In this document: positions 19,880 to 29,615 of the stretch, piece by piece
How the letters are laid out: each line of letters opens with the position of its first letter
Numbering within the stretch: the first letter of the stretch is position 1
Source: an uncultured Eubacterium sp.
Lineage (GTDB): Bacteria > Bacillota > Clostridia > Lachnospirales > Lachnospiraceae
Direction: 5' to 3'
DNA: 64,000 bases
NCBI GenBank assembly: GCA_964555015.1
Contig: CAZKQV010000006.1
Span: 18,875 to 82,874, forward strand
The notes under the pieces: model-generated
Told to the model about the DNA's origin: nothing
The model's input: only the letters and a program-made list of their open reading frames with translations
The model's database searches: none
Made by a program: the position numbers and the translations under genes

Positions 19880-20653
19880 ATGAGTATCGTCAAGGAAAAA
19901 GCTAGTATACTTACTCAGATAGAAATTGCCAGGGATATCTTTGATATGACAATTTCTTTTCCAGAAGGAGCAAAGATGGCGGTTCCCGGACAATTTATGT
20001 CATTATACTGTAATGAGGGAGCAAGGCTTTTGCCCCGTCCCATCAGTATTTGCGGCATTGATCCGGAAGCCGGAACCATTCGTATGATATATCGTATCGC
20101 CGGAGAGGGAACCAGGGAGTTTTCTAAAATGAAACCGGGGGATACCCTGGAAGTGATGGGACCCTTAGGAAACGGTTTCCATAAAAAAGAAAAGAGAGCG
20201 GTGATCGTAGGCGGCGGCATCGGAATCCCGCCGATGCTGGAATTAGCCAAACAACTTCCGGGAGAAAAGACCATTGTACTGGGATATCGGGACGATAAAA
20301 ATCTCTTCTTAAAAGAAGAATTTGAAAAACTTGGGACCGTGAGGATCGCCACAGACGATGGAAGCCTGGGAGTTCGCGGAACGGTGATCGACGCCATCAG
20401 GGAATACGCAGTGAAGGGAGAAATCATTTATGCCTGCGGTCCGATGCCTATGTTAAAAGCCCTTGCGGAATATGCCGGGGAGCATGATATGGAGGCTCAG
20501 ATTTCCCTGGAAGAGCGTATGGCCTGCGGAATCGGCGCCTGTCTTGGATGCATCTGTAAGTCGGTTACGATCGATCCGCACACCAATGTAAACAATAAGC
20601 GTATCTGTAAAGAAGGCCCGGTGTTTGACGCAAAGGAGGTAGTATTTGGATGA
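19880..20653 (+). CDS. pyrK: Dihydroorotate dehydrogenase B electron-transfer subunit
   Basis: FAD/NAD-binding fold and a C-terminal 2Fe-2S motif CGIGACLGC. It overlaps pyrD by ATGA. The ATG at 19880 lies 6 nt after AGGAGG. Confidence 0.9.
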   Translation: MSIVKEKASILTQIEIARDIFDMTISFPEGAKMAVPGQFMSLYCNEGARLLPRPISICGIDPEAGTIRMIYRIAGEGTREFSKMKPGDTLEVMGPLGNGFHKKEKRAVIVGGGIGIPPMLELAKQLPGEKTIVLGYRDDKNLFLKEEFEKLGTVRIATDDGSLGVRGTVIDAIREYAVKGEIIYACGPMPMLKALAEYAGEHDMEAQISLEERMACGIGACLGCICKSVTIDPHTNVNNKRICKEGPVFDAKEVVFG

Positions 20654-21549
20654 ACTTAAGTGTGACGATTGCAGGAAAAACTTTTAAAAATCCGGTGACC
20701 ACCGCCTCCGGAACCTTCGGTTCCGGCGCAGAATTTGAACAGTTTGTGGATTTATCAAAACTCGGGGCTGTCACCACCAAGGGAGTGGCCAATGTGCCGT
20801 GGGAAGGAAATCCCACGCCGAGGATCGCAGAAACTTACGGAGGAATGCTAAATGCAGTAGGGCTGCAAAATCCCGGGATTGATCTGTTTTGTAAGAGGGA
20901 CATTCCCCATCTGAAAGAAGCCGGTGCCTCCATCATAGTCAACGTGTGCGGAAGAACGATCGAAGATTATGTTGCGGTGGCAGAGCGGCTGTCCGACGAG
21001 CCGGTGGATCTGTTAGAAATCAATGTTTCCTGCCCTAACGTAAAGGCAGGGGGGATCGCTTTTGGACAAAACCCCGACGCATTGTATGAGATCACAAAAG
21101 AAATTAAAAAGAAAGCAAAGCAGCCGGTGATCATGAAATTAAGTCCCAATGTGACGGATATCACGGAGATGGCAAAGGCCGCCGAGGCGGGAGGAAGCGA
21201 CGCTCTTTCTTTGATCAATACGATCACAGGGATGAAAATAGATATTCATAAGAGAAAGTTCGTCCTGGCCAATCAGACCGGAGGTATGTCCGGACCGGCG
21301 ATCAAACCTGTGGCGGTGCGTATGGTCTATCAGGTTCATAAAGCCTGCGGGCTGCCGATCATTGGTATGGGAGGCATTATGAACGGGGAGGACGCCATTG
21401 AGATGATGATGGCAGGAGCGACCATGGTTTCCGTGGGCACGGCAAATTTCCATAATCCGAGAGCCACTTTGGATGTTTTGGAAGGGATCGAAAACTATTT
21501 AAGGAAGTATGAGATTTCGGATATTCATGAGATTATCGGGTGTATGTAA
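20650..21549 (+). CDS. pyrD: Dihydroorotate dehydrogenase B catalytic subunit
   Basis: Class 1 DHODH with the active-site Cys region VSCPNVK and GGMSGPAIKPVA. Confidence 0.93.
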   Translation: MNLSVTIAGKTFKNPVTTASGTFGSGAEFEQFVDLSKLGAVTTKGVANVPWEGNPTPRIAETYGGMLNAVGLQNPGIDLFCKRDIPHLKEAGASIIVNVCGRTIEDYVAVAERLSDEPVDLLEINVSCPNVKAGGIAFGQNPDALYEITKEIKKKAKQPVIMKLSPNVTDITEMAKAAEAGGSDALSLINTITGMKIDIHKRKFVLANQTGGMSGPAIKPVAVRMVYQVHKACGLPIIGMGGIMNGEDAIEMMMAGATMVSVGTANFHNPRATLDVLEGIENYLRKYEISDIHEIIGCM

Positions 21550-21682
21550 GAAAAAAAGCGCCGCGGCACGCCGAAAGTGACCAGAACTCTTCGGATGTTT
21601 GTGTTGAACATTTTAAATATCGATGGTATATTTATAAAAAGCAAAGCCATATTTTGGGATAAATAAAGGAGACAGAAAGAGA

Positions 21683-22357
21683 ATGGAAGCATATAAACAG
21701 GAATTTATCGAGTTTATGATTGATTGTAATGTACTCAAGTTTGGAGATTTTGTTACCAAAAGCGGCAGAAAAACGCCCTTTTTTGTAAACACCGGATTTT
21801 ATCGTACCGGTTCCCAGTTAAAGAGATTGGGAGAGTATTACGCTCAGGCCATTGCAGATCAGTTTGGATTTGATTTTGACGTGCTTTTTGGACCTGCCTA
21901 TAAGGGGATTCCATTAACGGTTGCAGCCACCATCGCCATTTCAGAGAAGTTTGGAAAGGACATTCGTTATTGCAGTAACCGTAAGGAAGTGAAGGATCAT
22001 GGAGACAAAGGGATTCTTTTGGGAAGCCCGATCAGCGATGGAGATAAGATTGTGATCATTGAAGATGTGACCACAGCGGGAACCTCCATTGAGGAGACCA
22101 TGCCGATCGTAAAGGCCCAGGGAGATGTGGAAGTTCTTGGCCTGGTGGTTTCCGTGGACCGTATGGAGAGAGGACAGGGCGAAAAGAGCGCGCTGTCTGA
22201 GATCAGTGAAAAGTATGGAATGAAAACCACAGCGATTGTCACCATGGCAGAGGTGGTGGAACATCTGTATAATAAACCATACAAGGGCAGGATCATCATT
22301 GACGACACCATCAAAAATGCCATTGATGCATATTATGAACAATACGGCGCAAAATAG
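21683..22357 (+). CDS. pyrE: Orotate phosphoribosyltransferase
   Basis: PRPP-binding motif VIIEDVTTAGTS; 224 aa. Confidence 0.9.
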   Translation: MEAYKQEFIEFMIDCNVLKFGDFVTKSGRKTPFFVNTGFYRTGSQLKRLGEYYAQAIADQFGFDFDVLFGPAYKGIPLTVAATIAISEKFGKDIRYCSNRKEVKDHGDKGILLGSPISDGDKIVIIEDVTTAGTSIEETMPIVKAQGDVEVLGLVVSVDRMERGQGEKSALSEISEKYGMKTTAIVTMAEVVEHLYNKPYKGRIIIDDTIKNAIDAYYEQYGAK

Positions 22358-22377
22358 TAAATGTCGGGGGTATAAAG

Positions 22378-22530
22378 ATGAATGAAAAGATGTTTACTTC
22401 TTTAGGACGATTAGGCGGAGCAGGGATCGCAATGGGAATCGTGGTTCTTGTAACAGGAGTAACTGTGGGGATTTTGGGCATTATCAACGGTGCCAGAGTA
22501 TTACACTGGAAGAAAAAAATTATGATTTAA
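22378..22530 (+). CDS. Small hydrophobic protein (50 aa, one predicted TM helix); below the ORF-track length cutoff
   Basis: Translates as MNEKMFTSLGRLGGAGIAMGIVVLVTGVTVGILGIINGARVLHWKKKIMI. GGGGG lies 7 nt upstream of the ATG, and a hairpin follows. Confidence 0.4.
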   Translation: MNEKMFTSLGRLGGAGIAMGIVVLVTGVTVGILGIINGARVLHWKKKIMI

Positions 22531-22569
22531 CTCAGTGCAGGCGGCAGTTTGGCTGAGCAGCGGGTAAGG

Positions 22570-22601
22570 TTGCAGGATCCGGTATAATCCGGTTCCTGCA
22601 A
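22570..22601 (+). terminator. Strong hairpin after pyrE and the small ORF (probable terminator)
   Basis: TTGCAGGATCCGG / CCGGTTCCTGCAA (13 bp, one mismatch), loop TATAAT, followed by TATTGTTGT (an imperfect T-tract). Confidence 0.5.
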
Positions 22602-22612
22602 TATTGTTGTCG

Positions 22613-23149
22613 ATGAAAGGAAACTTGAAATTGAAAAAAACAATAAGAAAGCGAATAGGGCTTATTAGCTGGATTATTTTAATAATATATGTGTTAGTGA
22701 TCATTTATTTTGTTTTATTTAGCGACAGACTCGGAAGAGCGGATGGATATAGTACATATCGGTATAATCTTGTTTTGTTTGATGAGATAAGAAGATTTGT
22801 AACATATCGGGAATACGTGTCAACCGGAGCTTTTATCTTAAATATCTTTGGAAATCTTGTCGTATTTTTTCCGGTTGGATTTCTGATTCCGATTCTTCGC
22901 ACCAAAAAGACAGGCGTCATAAGAATTATGATTTATTCATTTTTGTTTAGCCTGTTTATCGAATCGGTTCAGTTGGTCGCAAAAGTGGGAGTCTTTGATG
23001 TGGACGATCTATTCATGAATACCTTGGGAGGGGTGATCGGCTGGATCTGTTATTTTATTTCCATTAATATATTCCAAAAAACTTTCTATAAGAAAAAGCA
23101 CGATAAAAGAAGAAAGAAGAGAACGAGGAGGAAAAGAAATGAGCAGTGA
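22613..23149 (+). CDS. VanZ family membrane protein
   Basis: Four hydrophobic segments with a VanZ-like layout (FGNLVVFFPVGFLIPIL, ESVQLV...FDVDDLFMNTLGGVIG) and a basic C-terminal tail. The start is ambiguous (22604 TTG, 22613 ATG or 22625 TTG). Confidence 0.7.
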   Translation: MKGNLKLKKTIRKRIGLISWIILIIYVLVIIYFVLFSDRLGRADGYSTYRYNLVLFDEIRRFVTYREYVSTGAFILNIFGNLVVFFPVGFLIPILRTKKTGVIRIMIYSFLFSLFIESVQLVAKVGVFDVDDLFMNTLGGVIGWICYFISINIFQKTFYKKKHDKRRKKRTRRKRNEQ

Positions 23150-23447
23150 GTATTCCGTATCCAGAAAGGATAAAAAGGTCTCAAAAAATGCAGTGATATC
23201 GCTGATTATCGGTTTGGTTTCCATACTGGGATTTGTTTTTCTTGTGCTCATTTCTGTGATCTCCGCCGGGAAAATGGGAGTGATCGGAGGCTTATTTGGC
23301 AGTTTATTTTTACTTTTGTCAATCTTTGGCGCATTGTGGGGAATCGTGTCCTACGATGAGGCCAGGACGCTGCATCGGTATAAAAAAGCCGGGATCGCCG
23401 TAAATGTGGTCGGCGTGATCATCGGTATTATTTTCCTTGTAGCATAG
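23139..23447 (+). CDS. Small integral membrane protein (three predicted TM helices), unknown function
   Basis: 102 aa, SD GAGGAGG. Hydrophobic segments include AVISLIIGLVSILGFVFLVLISVI. Confidence 0.6.
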   Translation: MSSEYSVSRKDKKVSKNAVISLIIGLVSILGFVFLVLISVISAGKMGVIGGLFGSLFLLLSIFGALWGIVSYDEARTLHRYKKAGIAVNVVGVIIGIIFLVA

Positions 23448-23470
23448 CATCAGAAAGGTTTTAAAAATTC

Positions 23471-25555
23471 ATGGATTACAGAGAAATATTTAATAAAGAA
23501 GAACATTTGATCAAAGAGCGCTTTGCGCTGGCCAAGGGAAGAATTGGGGAAATTGCTTCCGGAGAGGACAGCGAAATGGGAGAGGAGTTAAAGCGGTACT
23601 TCTGCTTTGTCGCCAATTTCCTCATGGAGTGCTACCAAATGTATCAGAATGTGGAAGACGGCTCTATCCGGCGTTTTACGACGGAGGAGTTAAAAAGAGA
23701 AAATTATAATTATTATAAGGATATTCTGCCGGAAAATTATGAGCATTCTTATGCCAATCCAGCTTATGCCGTAAAAGAATTAGGAGAGCAGTACGGCAGG
23801 ATCTTAAGCTTTCTGTATACGGAATTGCGCTCCTTTCGGGAGTATATCTTCATACAAAACCGAACCGTTATCACGATTTTAAGCGAGCTGTTCCTTGAGA
23901 TCTATGGGATGTTCCTCTCCGAAGAAGAGGTGACTTACCGCAATTTGAAGGAAACCATGTACTGGTTCTTTTATGATTTTGCCGATCTTTTTGTGGGATG
24001 GCGCGTCCGGGAGATGGTGGATCCATCCTTAAAGTTTGCCACGGATATTGTGATGAACAGCAATTTAGAAAACCTGCGGTATCTCTATGCATACGGCGAC
24101 TATATTTCAGAGAAAGAGTGGGAGATGGCCGCGTTCATGAACCGGCTGTCCCAGGAGGAAGTGGAACAGATCGCAAGAACCTTTACGGAAGGCTACCGGG
24201 AAGGGTTTGTACTAAAGAATGTAGACTTGTCAAAAAAACAGACGGTCAATATCCAATATCCTATTGGATATGAAAGGATCATTCGCGCCGCCATATCCCA
24301 GTTTAGAAAAATGGGCCTGGAGCCGGTTCTTTTTGGCGCCGCCCTAAACACCCTGAATAAAAGACAGAATCTTAGGATCGGATACATTTCGTCAAATCCA
24401 AACGAGCAGTACCACTATGATCATCGTTTTGACGAGGCGATCTATCTGGATAAACGAATGGTGGACCGTAAGATCCAGTGTATGAAAAATGCCTTCTTAG
24501 AGTATGAAAAAGAAGCGGAAGGTTATGCCGGACCAGCGTGTTTTGAAGTATTTGGCGAGGATGCATTTTGTCCGGAGAGCAAGGAGGAAGCTTACCGGTT
24601 AAGCGAGCGCCAGCAAAGTCTGACAGTAGAGTATTCTTCTTTGTCCAACTCTTTGATCAACGAGTTTGTGAACCAGGAAGAAAGAAGTTATACCATCATT
24701 GCCTATCCGGTTCCGGCCATTGGAGAGCAGTTTGAAGAGATTTTTGAGGCAGTCCGGGAGGTCAACACCCTGGATAATAAAAAATATTGTGAGATTCAGC
24801 AAAAATTGATCGAGACTTTGGATCAGGCGAAGGAAGTACATATCATGGGCAGAGGGAAAAATATGACGAATCTGACTATCGCCCTTACGGATCTTTGCGA
24901 TATAAAAACACAGACAAAGTTTGAAAACTGCCTTGCCGATGTGAATATCCCGGTGGGGGAGGTATTTACCTCGCCAAAATTAAAAGGCACCAATGGGCTG
25001 CTCCATGTGACAGAAGTATTTTTAAATGGTCTGTGCTATAAAGATTTAAGAATCACATTGGAGGACGGAAAAGTCGTTGATTATTCCTGCGGCAATTTCG
25101 AAGACCCTGAAAAAGGAAAGGCATTCATAAAAGAAAATATTTTATATAACCGGGAGACGCTTCCGGTGGGAGAGTTTGCCATTGGTACGAACACGACGGC
25201 CTATGTGATGGCCACAAAATATGGGATCATGGATAAACTACCGATCTTGATCGCTGAGAAAATGGGCCCTCATCTTGCTCTGGGAGATACTTGCTACTCT
25301 TACAGCGAAGAGGTTAAGGTATATAATCCGGACGGCAGAGAGATCATCGCCAAAGATAACGAATGTTCTATTTTAAGGCTGGAAGATCCGAAAAAAGCGT
25401 ATTTTAATTGCCATACGGATATTACCATCCCTTATGAGGAATTGGACCGCATTGCGGCAGTATTGCCAAACCGTGTGGAAATTCCGCTGATCTTGGATGG
25501 AAGATTTGTTCTGGAGGGAACCTGGGAACTAAATGACCCTTTTAAGGTATCGTGA
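23471..25555 (+). CDS. M29 (aminopeptidase T/AmpS)-like metallopeptidase with a long N-terminal region
   Basis: The C-terminal half has M29-like blocks VNIPVGEVFTSP, GEFAIGTN, GPHLALGD and CHTDITIP. At 694 aa it is much longer than the roughly 400-aa M29 enzymes I recall. Confidence 0.6.
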   Translation: MDYREIFNKEEHLIKERFALAKGRIGEIASGEDSEMGEELKRYFCFVANFLMECYQMYQNVEDGSIRRFTTEELKRENYNYYKDILPENYEHSYANPAYAVKELGEQYGRILSFLYTELRSFREYIFIQNRTVITILSELFLEIYGMFLSEEEVTYRNLKETMYWFFYDFADLFVGWRVREMVDPSLKFATDIVMNSNLENLRYLYAYGDYISEKEWEMAAFMNRLSQEEVEQIARTFTEGYREGFVLKNVDLSKKQTVNIQYPIGYERIIRAAISQFRKMGLEPVLFGAALNTLNKRQNLRIGYISSNPNEQYHYDHRFDEAIYLDKRMVDRKIQCMKNAFLEYEKEAEGYAGPACFEVFGEDAFCPESKEEAYRLSERQQSLTVEYSSLSNSLINEFVNQEERSYTIIAYPVPAIGEQFEEIFEAVREVNTLDNKKYCEIQQKLIETLDQAKEVHIMGRGKNMTNLTIALTDLCDIKTQTKFENCLADVNIPVGEVFTSPKLKGTNGLLHVTEVFLNGLCYKDLRITLEDGKVVDYSCGNFEDPEKGKAFIKENILYNRETLPVGEFAIGTNTTAYVMATKYGIMDKLPILIAEKMGPHLALGDTCYSYSEEVKVYNPDGREIIAKDNECSILRLEDPKKAYFNCHTDITIPYEELDRIAAVLPNRVEIPLILDGRFVLEGTWELNDPFKVS

Positions 25556-25567
25556 GAGGAGAAAAGT

Positions 25568-26827
25568 ATGCTGTGTATTAAAAATGGCAGAGTAATGAAT
25601 CCGGCGGATAACCGGGATGAAATTACGGATGTTTTCATAAAAGACGGAGTGATCTTTCACATTGGAGAGTGGGAGGAAAAAGCAGAGGAAGTGATCGACG
25701 CTAGCGGCTGTATCGTCGCGCCGGGGCTGGTGGATGTCCATGTGCATTTTCGGGATCCGGGACTGACCTATAAAGAAGACTTGGTTTCCGGAAGCAGGGC
25801 GGCGGCGGCCGGCGGCTTTACCACCGTGGTGTGTATGGCAAACACAAAGCCGATCGTGGACCGGACAGAAGTCCTTGACGATATTTTAGGCAGGGCAAAG
25901 TCTCTTCCGATCCATGTAAAGCAGGTGGCGGCAGTCTCCAGGGGATTTCAGGGAAAAGAGCTGGTGGATTTTTCCGATATGACAGCTCATGGAGCCTGCG
26001 GGTTCAGCGACGACGGTATTCCTCTTTCAGACAGCGCTTTTATCAAAAGAGCTATGGAGGAGGCTGCCAGAGTGGATAAACCGATCAGTCTCCACGAAGA
26101 AGATCCGGCTCTCAATGAAGTAAATGGCATCAATAAAGGAGCGATCTCCGAGAAAATGGGAATCGGCGGAGCGCCTGCAATCTCCGAGGATGTGATGGTC
26201 GCCAGGGATATCATGCTGGCATTGGAAACGGGAGCTAAGGTGGATATCCAGCATATTTCATCAGGACGCGCCGTGGAATTGGTGAGGTTCGGGAAAAAAC
26301 TGGGAGCCAAAGTCTATGCGGAAGTGACGCCCCATCATTTCACCTTGACTGAGGAGGCAGTGTTAGAACACGGCACTCTGTGTAAGATGAACCCTCCGGT
26401 GAGAACGGACTGGGATCGTTCTAAGATCATAGAAGGCTTGATGGACGGCACCATCGACATGATCGCCACAGACCATGCGCCCCACGCAACCGAAGAAAAA
26501 GAACAGGAATTTTTGAAGGCGCCAAGTGGTATCATCGGTTTAGAGACTTCTTTGCCCCTTGGAATTACCAACCTGGTAAAAAGAGGATATTTGCCGATGA
26601 TGGAGCTGCTTCGTAAAATGACCGTAAATCCCGCCGGGCTGTATCAGTTTGAATGCGGAGATATCAAAGAGGGAAAAGCGGCAGACCTTGTGATCTTTGA
26701 TCCGGACGCCGTGATCCAGGTGGAAAAGTTCCAGTCTAAGGCAGAAAATTCCCCATTCCTTGGAGCGCAGCTTTATGGAAAGGTCAAGTACACGATCTGC
26801 GATGGAAAGATCGTATACCGGGGATAA
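25568..26827 (+). CDS. pyrC: Dihydroorotase
   Basis: Metal-binding motif VDVHVHFRDPG and a later DHAPH. Confidence 0.92.
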   Translation: MLCIKNGRVMNPADNRDEITDVFIKDGVIFHIGEWEEKAEEVIDASGCIVAPGLVDVHVHFRDPGLTYKEDLVSGSRAAAAGGFTTVVCMANTKPIVDRTEVLDDILGRAKSLPIHVKQVAAVSRGFQGKELVDFSDMTAHGACGFSDDGIPLSDSAFIKRAMEEAARVDKPISLHEEDPALNEVNGINKGAISEKMGIGGAPAISEDVMVARDIMLALETGAKVDIQHISSGRAVELVRFGKKLGAKVYAEVTPHHFTLTEEAVLEHGTLCKMNPPVRTDWDRSKIIEGLMDGTIDMIATDHAPHATEEKEQEFLKAPSGIIGLETSLPLGITNLVKRGYLPMMELLRKMTVNPAGLYQFECGDIKEGKAADLVIFDPDAVIQVEKFQSKAENSPFLGAQLYGKVKYTICDGKIVYRG

Positions 26828-26905
26828 CAATATATTTTAATAATTTTTTATGATACGGATTGAACATTCTAAAAATATTATGATAAACTATAGCGGGAAG
26901 TATCT

Positions 26906-26921
26906 GGATATTGCAATATCC
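26906..26921 (+). promoter_or_regulatory. Perfect 16-bp palindrome upstream of pyrF (candidate operator or RNA hairpin)
   Basis: GGATATTGCAATATCC, followed at 26923-26947 by a second hairpin CTGATA...TATCAG. Both lie in the 145-bp pyrC-pyrF spacer. Confidence 0.4.
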
Positions 26922-26972
26922 CCTGATATGGAGATAGATATTATCAGAAAAAGATAAATTAAGGAGGCTTTT

Positions 26973-27899
26973 ATGATTAACGAATTAGTACGGAATATAA
27001 AGAAAAAGGACGCGCCGATTGTAGTAGGCTTAGATCCGATGTTAAGTTATGTTCCGGAGAAAATTGTAAAGGACGCCATTGACGCTTATGGGGAATCCTT
27101 AGAGGCGGCGGCAGAGGCAATCTGGCAGTTTAATAAAGGAATCATCGACGCAACTTATGATCTGGTTCCGGCAGTGAAACCGCAGGTCGCCATGTATGAA
27201 CAGTTCGGTGTTGCCGGGCTCACCGCTTTTAAGCGCACCTGTGATTATGCAAAAAAGAAAGGTCTTATCATCATCGGAGATATCAAAAGAGGAGATATCG
27301 GTTCCACTTCAGAAGCTTATGCCATCGGCCATATCGGAACGGTGAAGATCGGGGAAAAGGAATTAAAACCATTTACAGAAGATTTTATCACGGTAAATCC
27401 TTACCTTGGTTCCGATGGAGTGAATCCGTTTATTAAGGTATGTAAGGAAGAGAAAAAGGGAATGTTTATCCTGGTGAAAACCTCCAATCCATCCAGCGGA
27501 GAGTTTCAGGATCAGCTTGTGGACGGCGTTCCCCTGTATGAGATCGTTGCCAAGAAAGTTGCCGAGTGGGGAGAAAACCACATGGGAGAAGATTACAGCT
27601 ACGTGGGAGCCGTGGTCGGCGCAACCTACCCGGAGATGGGAGCCGCTCTTCGCAAGATCATGCCGAAAAATTATATCTTAGTTCCTGGTTACGGCGCACA
27701 GGGCGGCCAGGGCAAGGACTTAAAGCCATTCTTTAATGAGGACGGACTGGGCGCCATCGTCAATTCAAGCCGCGGTATTATCTGCGCTTACAAGAAGGCT
27801 CCATACAGCGATAAGTTCTCTGAGGAAACTTACGCAGACGCCAGCAGACAGGCAGTCCTTGATATGAAAGAAGACTTAAAGAATGCATTTGTAAAGTAA
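26973..27899 (+). CDS. pyrF: Orotidine 5'-phosphate decarboxylase (long, type 2 form)
   Basis: 308 aa with VVGLDP, KPQVAMYE and IGDIKRGDIGST motifs. Confidence 0.9.
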   Translation: MINELVRNIKKKDAPIVVGLDPMLSYVPEKIVKDAIDAYGESLEAAAEAIWQFNKGIIDATYDLVPAVKPQVAMYEQFGVAGLTAFKRTCDYAKKKGLIIIGDIKRGDIGSTSEAYAIGHIGTVKIGEKELKPFTEDFITVNPYLGSDGVNPFIKVCKEEKKGMFILVKTSNPSSGEFQDQLVDGVPLYEIVAKKVAEWGENHMGEDYSYVGAVVGATYPEMGAALRKIMPKNYILVPGYGAQGGQGKDLKPFFNEDGLGAIVNSSRGIICAYKKAPYSDKFSEETYADASRQAVLDMKEDLKNAFVK

Positions 27900-27990
27900 T
27901 TGAAAAAAGAGAGGCAGCAGACGGGAAAATAGCCCGGTTTGCCTGCAGATAATATGAAGTGACTTCACAATTGTAGAAAGGATAAAGATT

Positions 27991-28503
27991 ATGGCAAAAG
28001 TAGGTATCGTAATGGGCAGTGACTCTGATATGCCGATCATGAGTAAAGCTGCCGATATTTTAGAAGAACTTGGAATTGATTTTGAGATGACCATCATATC
28101 CGCACACCGTGAGCCGGACGAGTTTTTCCAATATGCAAAAAGCGCAGAGGAAAAAGGATTTAAGGTAATTATCGCGGGAGCGGGCAAGGCAGCCCATCTT
28201 CCGGGAATGTGTGCGGCGATCTTTCCGATGCCGGTGATCGGGATCCCAATGAAAACTTCCGATCTGGGCGGCGTGGACTCTTTATACTCCATCGTGCAGA
28301 TGCCGTCCGGCACACCGGTGGCAACCGTTGCCATTAACGGAGGAGCCAACGCAGGACTCCTGGCGGCAAAAATTCTTGCCACATCGGATCCGGAGCTGCT
28401 TGGCCGGCTGAAAGATTACTCAGAAAAATTAAAAAATCAAGTGGTAGAAAAAGCCAGCCGGTTAAAAGAGATCGGTTACAAAGAGTATATGAAACAAATG
28501 TAA
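27991..28503 (+). CDS. purE: 5-(carboxyamino)imidazole ribonucleotide mutase
   Basis: MGSDSDMPIM and AGAGKAAHLPGM motifs. Confidence 0.95.
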   Translation: MAKVGIVMGSDSDMPIMSKAADILEELGIDFEMTIISAHREPDEFFQYAKSAEEKGFKVIIAGAGKAAHLPGMCAAIFPMPVIGIPMKTSDLGGVDSLYSIVQMPSGTPVATVAINGGANAGLLAAKILATSDPELLGRLKDYSEKLKNQVVEKASRLKEIGYKEYMKQM

Positions 28504-28589
28504 CGAAGACGCAGAGAAAACGATAAGAAGGACAATAGGATGAAAAAAAGCCGCAGGGCTTTTATTCGGGCTTAGGAAAGGAGTTTTTC

Positions 28590-29615
28590 ATGGACTATAA
28601 AAACGCAGGAGTAGATATCGAGGCAGGGTATAAATCCGTCGAGCTGATGAAAAAACACGTACAGGAGACAATGAGAAAAGAAGTTCTTACCAATCTTGGA
28701 GGATTTTCCGGAGCATTTTCCCTGAAATCTTTTATGAATATGGAAAATCCGACGCTGGTATCCGGAACGGATGGCGTTGGTACAAAGTTAAAACTTGCTT
28801 TCTTGCTGGACAAACATGATACGGTGGGAATCGATTGTGTCGCTATGTGCGTCAACGACATCGCCTGTGCAGGAGGAGAACCGCTGTTTTTCCTGGATTA
28901 TATCGCCTGCGGAAAGAATTATCCGGAAAAGATTGCGACCATTGTAAGCGGAGTGGCTAACGGATGTAAGCAGTCAGAAGCTGCGCTGATTGGCGGAGAG
29001 ACGGCAGAAATGCCAGGATTTTATCCGGAAAACGAATATGATCTGGCGGGTTTTGCCGTGGGAATCGTTGATGAGAAGGATCTGATCACAGGAAAGGATA
29101 TCAAACCTGGGGATGTGCTCATGGGAATCGCTTCTTCGGGAATCCACAGCAACGGATATTCTCTGGTGCGCAAAGTATTCCCAATGGAAAAAGAAGCGCT
29201 GAACGAATATAAAGAAGAACTGGGAAAGACGCTGGGAGAAGCTTTGATCACTCCGACCAAGATCTATGTAAAAGCGTTAAAATCCGTGAAAAACGCAGGA
29301 ATTACCATCAAGGGGTGCAGCCATATTACCGGAGGAGGATTTTATGAAAACATTCCTCGTATGCTTCCGGAGGGCGTGCGTGCCGTTGTAAAGAAAGACA
29401 GCTATGAAGTTCCGGCTATTTTCCGCCTGCTCCAAAAAGAAGGAGAGATTGCGGAAGAGATGATGTATAACACCTACAATATGGGAATCGGTATGATGCT
29501 TGCCTTAGATCCGGCAGACGCAGATAAGGCGATCGCCGCTTTAAAGGAAGCGGGAGAAGAGGCGTTTGTTGTCGGTTCCGTGGAAGCGGGAGATAAAGGA
29601 GTGACCTTATGTTAA
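28590..29615 (+). CDS. purM: Phosphoribosylformylglycinamidine cyclo-ligase (AIR synthetase)
   Basis: YKNAGVDI at the N-terminus and [10 protein letters not shown]. Confidence 0.95.
   Translation: MDYKNAGVDIEAGYKSVELMKKHVQETMRKEVLTNLGGFSGAFSLKSFMNMENPTLVSGTDGVGTKLKLAFLLDKHDTVGIDCVAMCVNDIACAGGEPLFFLDYIACGKNYPEKIATIVSGVANGCKQSEAALIGGETAEMPGFYPENEYDLAGFAVGIVDEKDLITGKDIKPGDVLMGIASSGIHSNGYSLVRKVFPMEKEALNEYKEELGKTLGEALITPTKIYVKALKSVKNAGITIKGCSHITGGGFYENIPRMLPEGVRAVVKKDSYEVPAIFRLLQKEGEIAEEMMYNTYNMGIGMMLALDPADADKAIAALKEAGEEAFVVGSVEAGDKGVTLC

Noticed and set aside
22501-22704. 67-aa minus-strand ORF in the pyrE-vanZ spacer
   Set aside because: It overlaps the small + ORF, the hairpin and the vanZ start, and has no supporting signals.
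27900-27990. Possible purine riboswitch or PurBox upstream of purE, and a PyrR attenuator upstream of pyrK/pyrE (19784-19879, 21550-21682)
   Set aside because: The spacer is too short for a purine riboswitch and lacks its conserved loop sequences. Only a small palindrome TGAAGT-G-ACTTCA (27955-27967) and an imperfect hairpin are present. No UCCAGAGAGG-type PyrR loop was seen.
27876-28382. 168-aa minus-strand ORF antisense to purE
   Set aside because: It lies entirely inside a gene with unmistakable PurE motifs. It has low-complexity Ala/Pro/Ser/Ile-rich content and no SD, so it is a typical shadow ORF.
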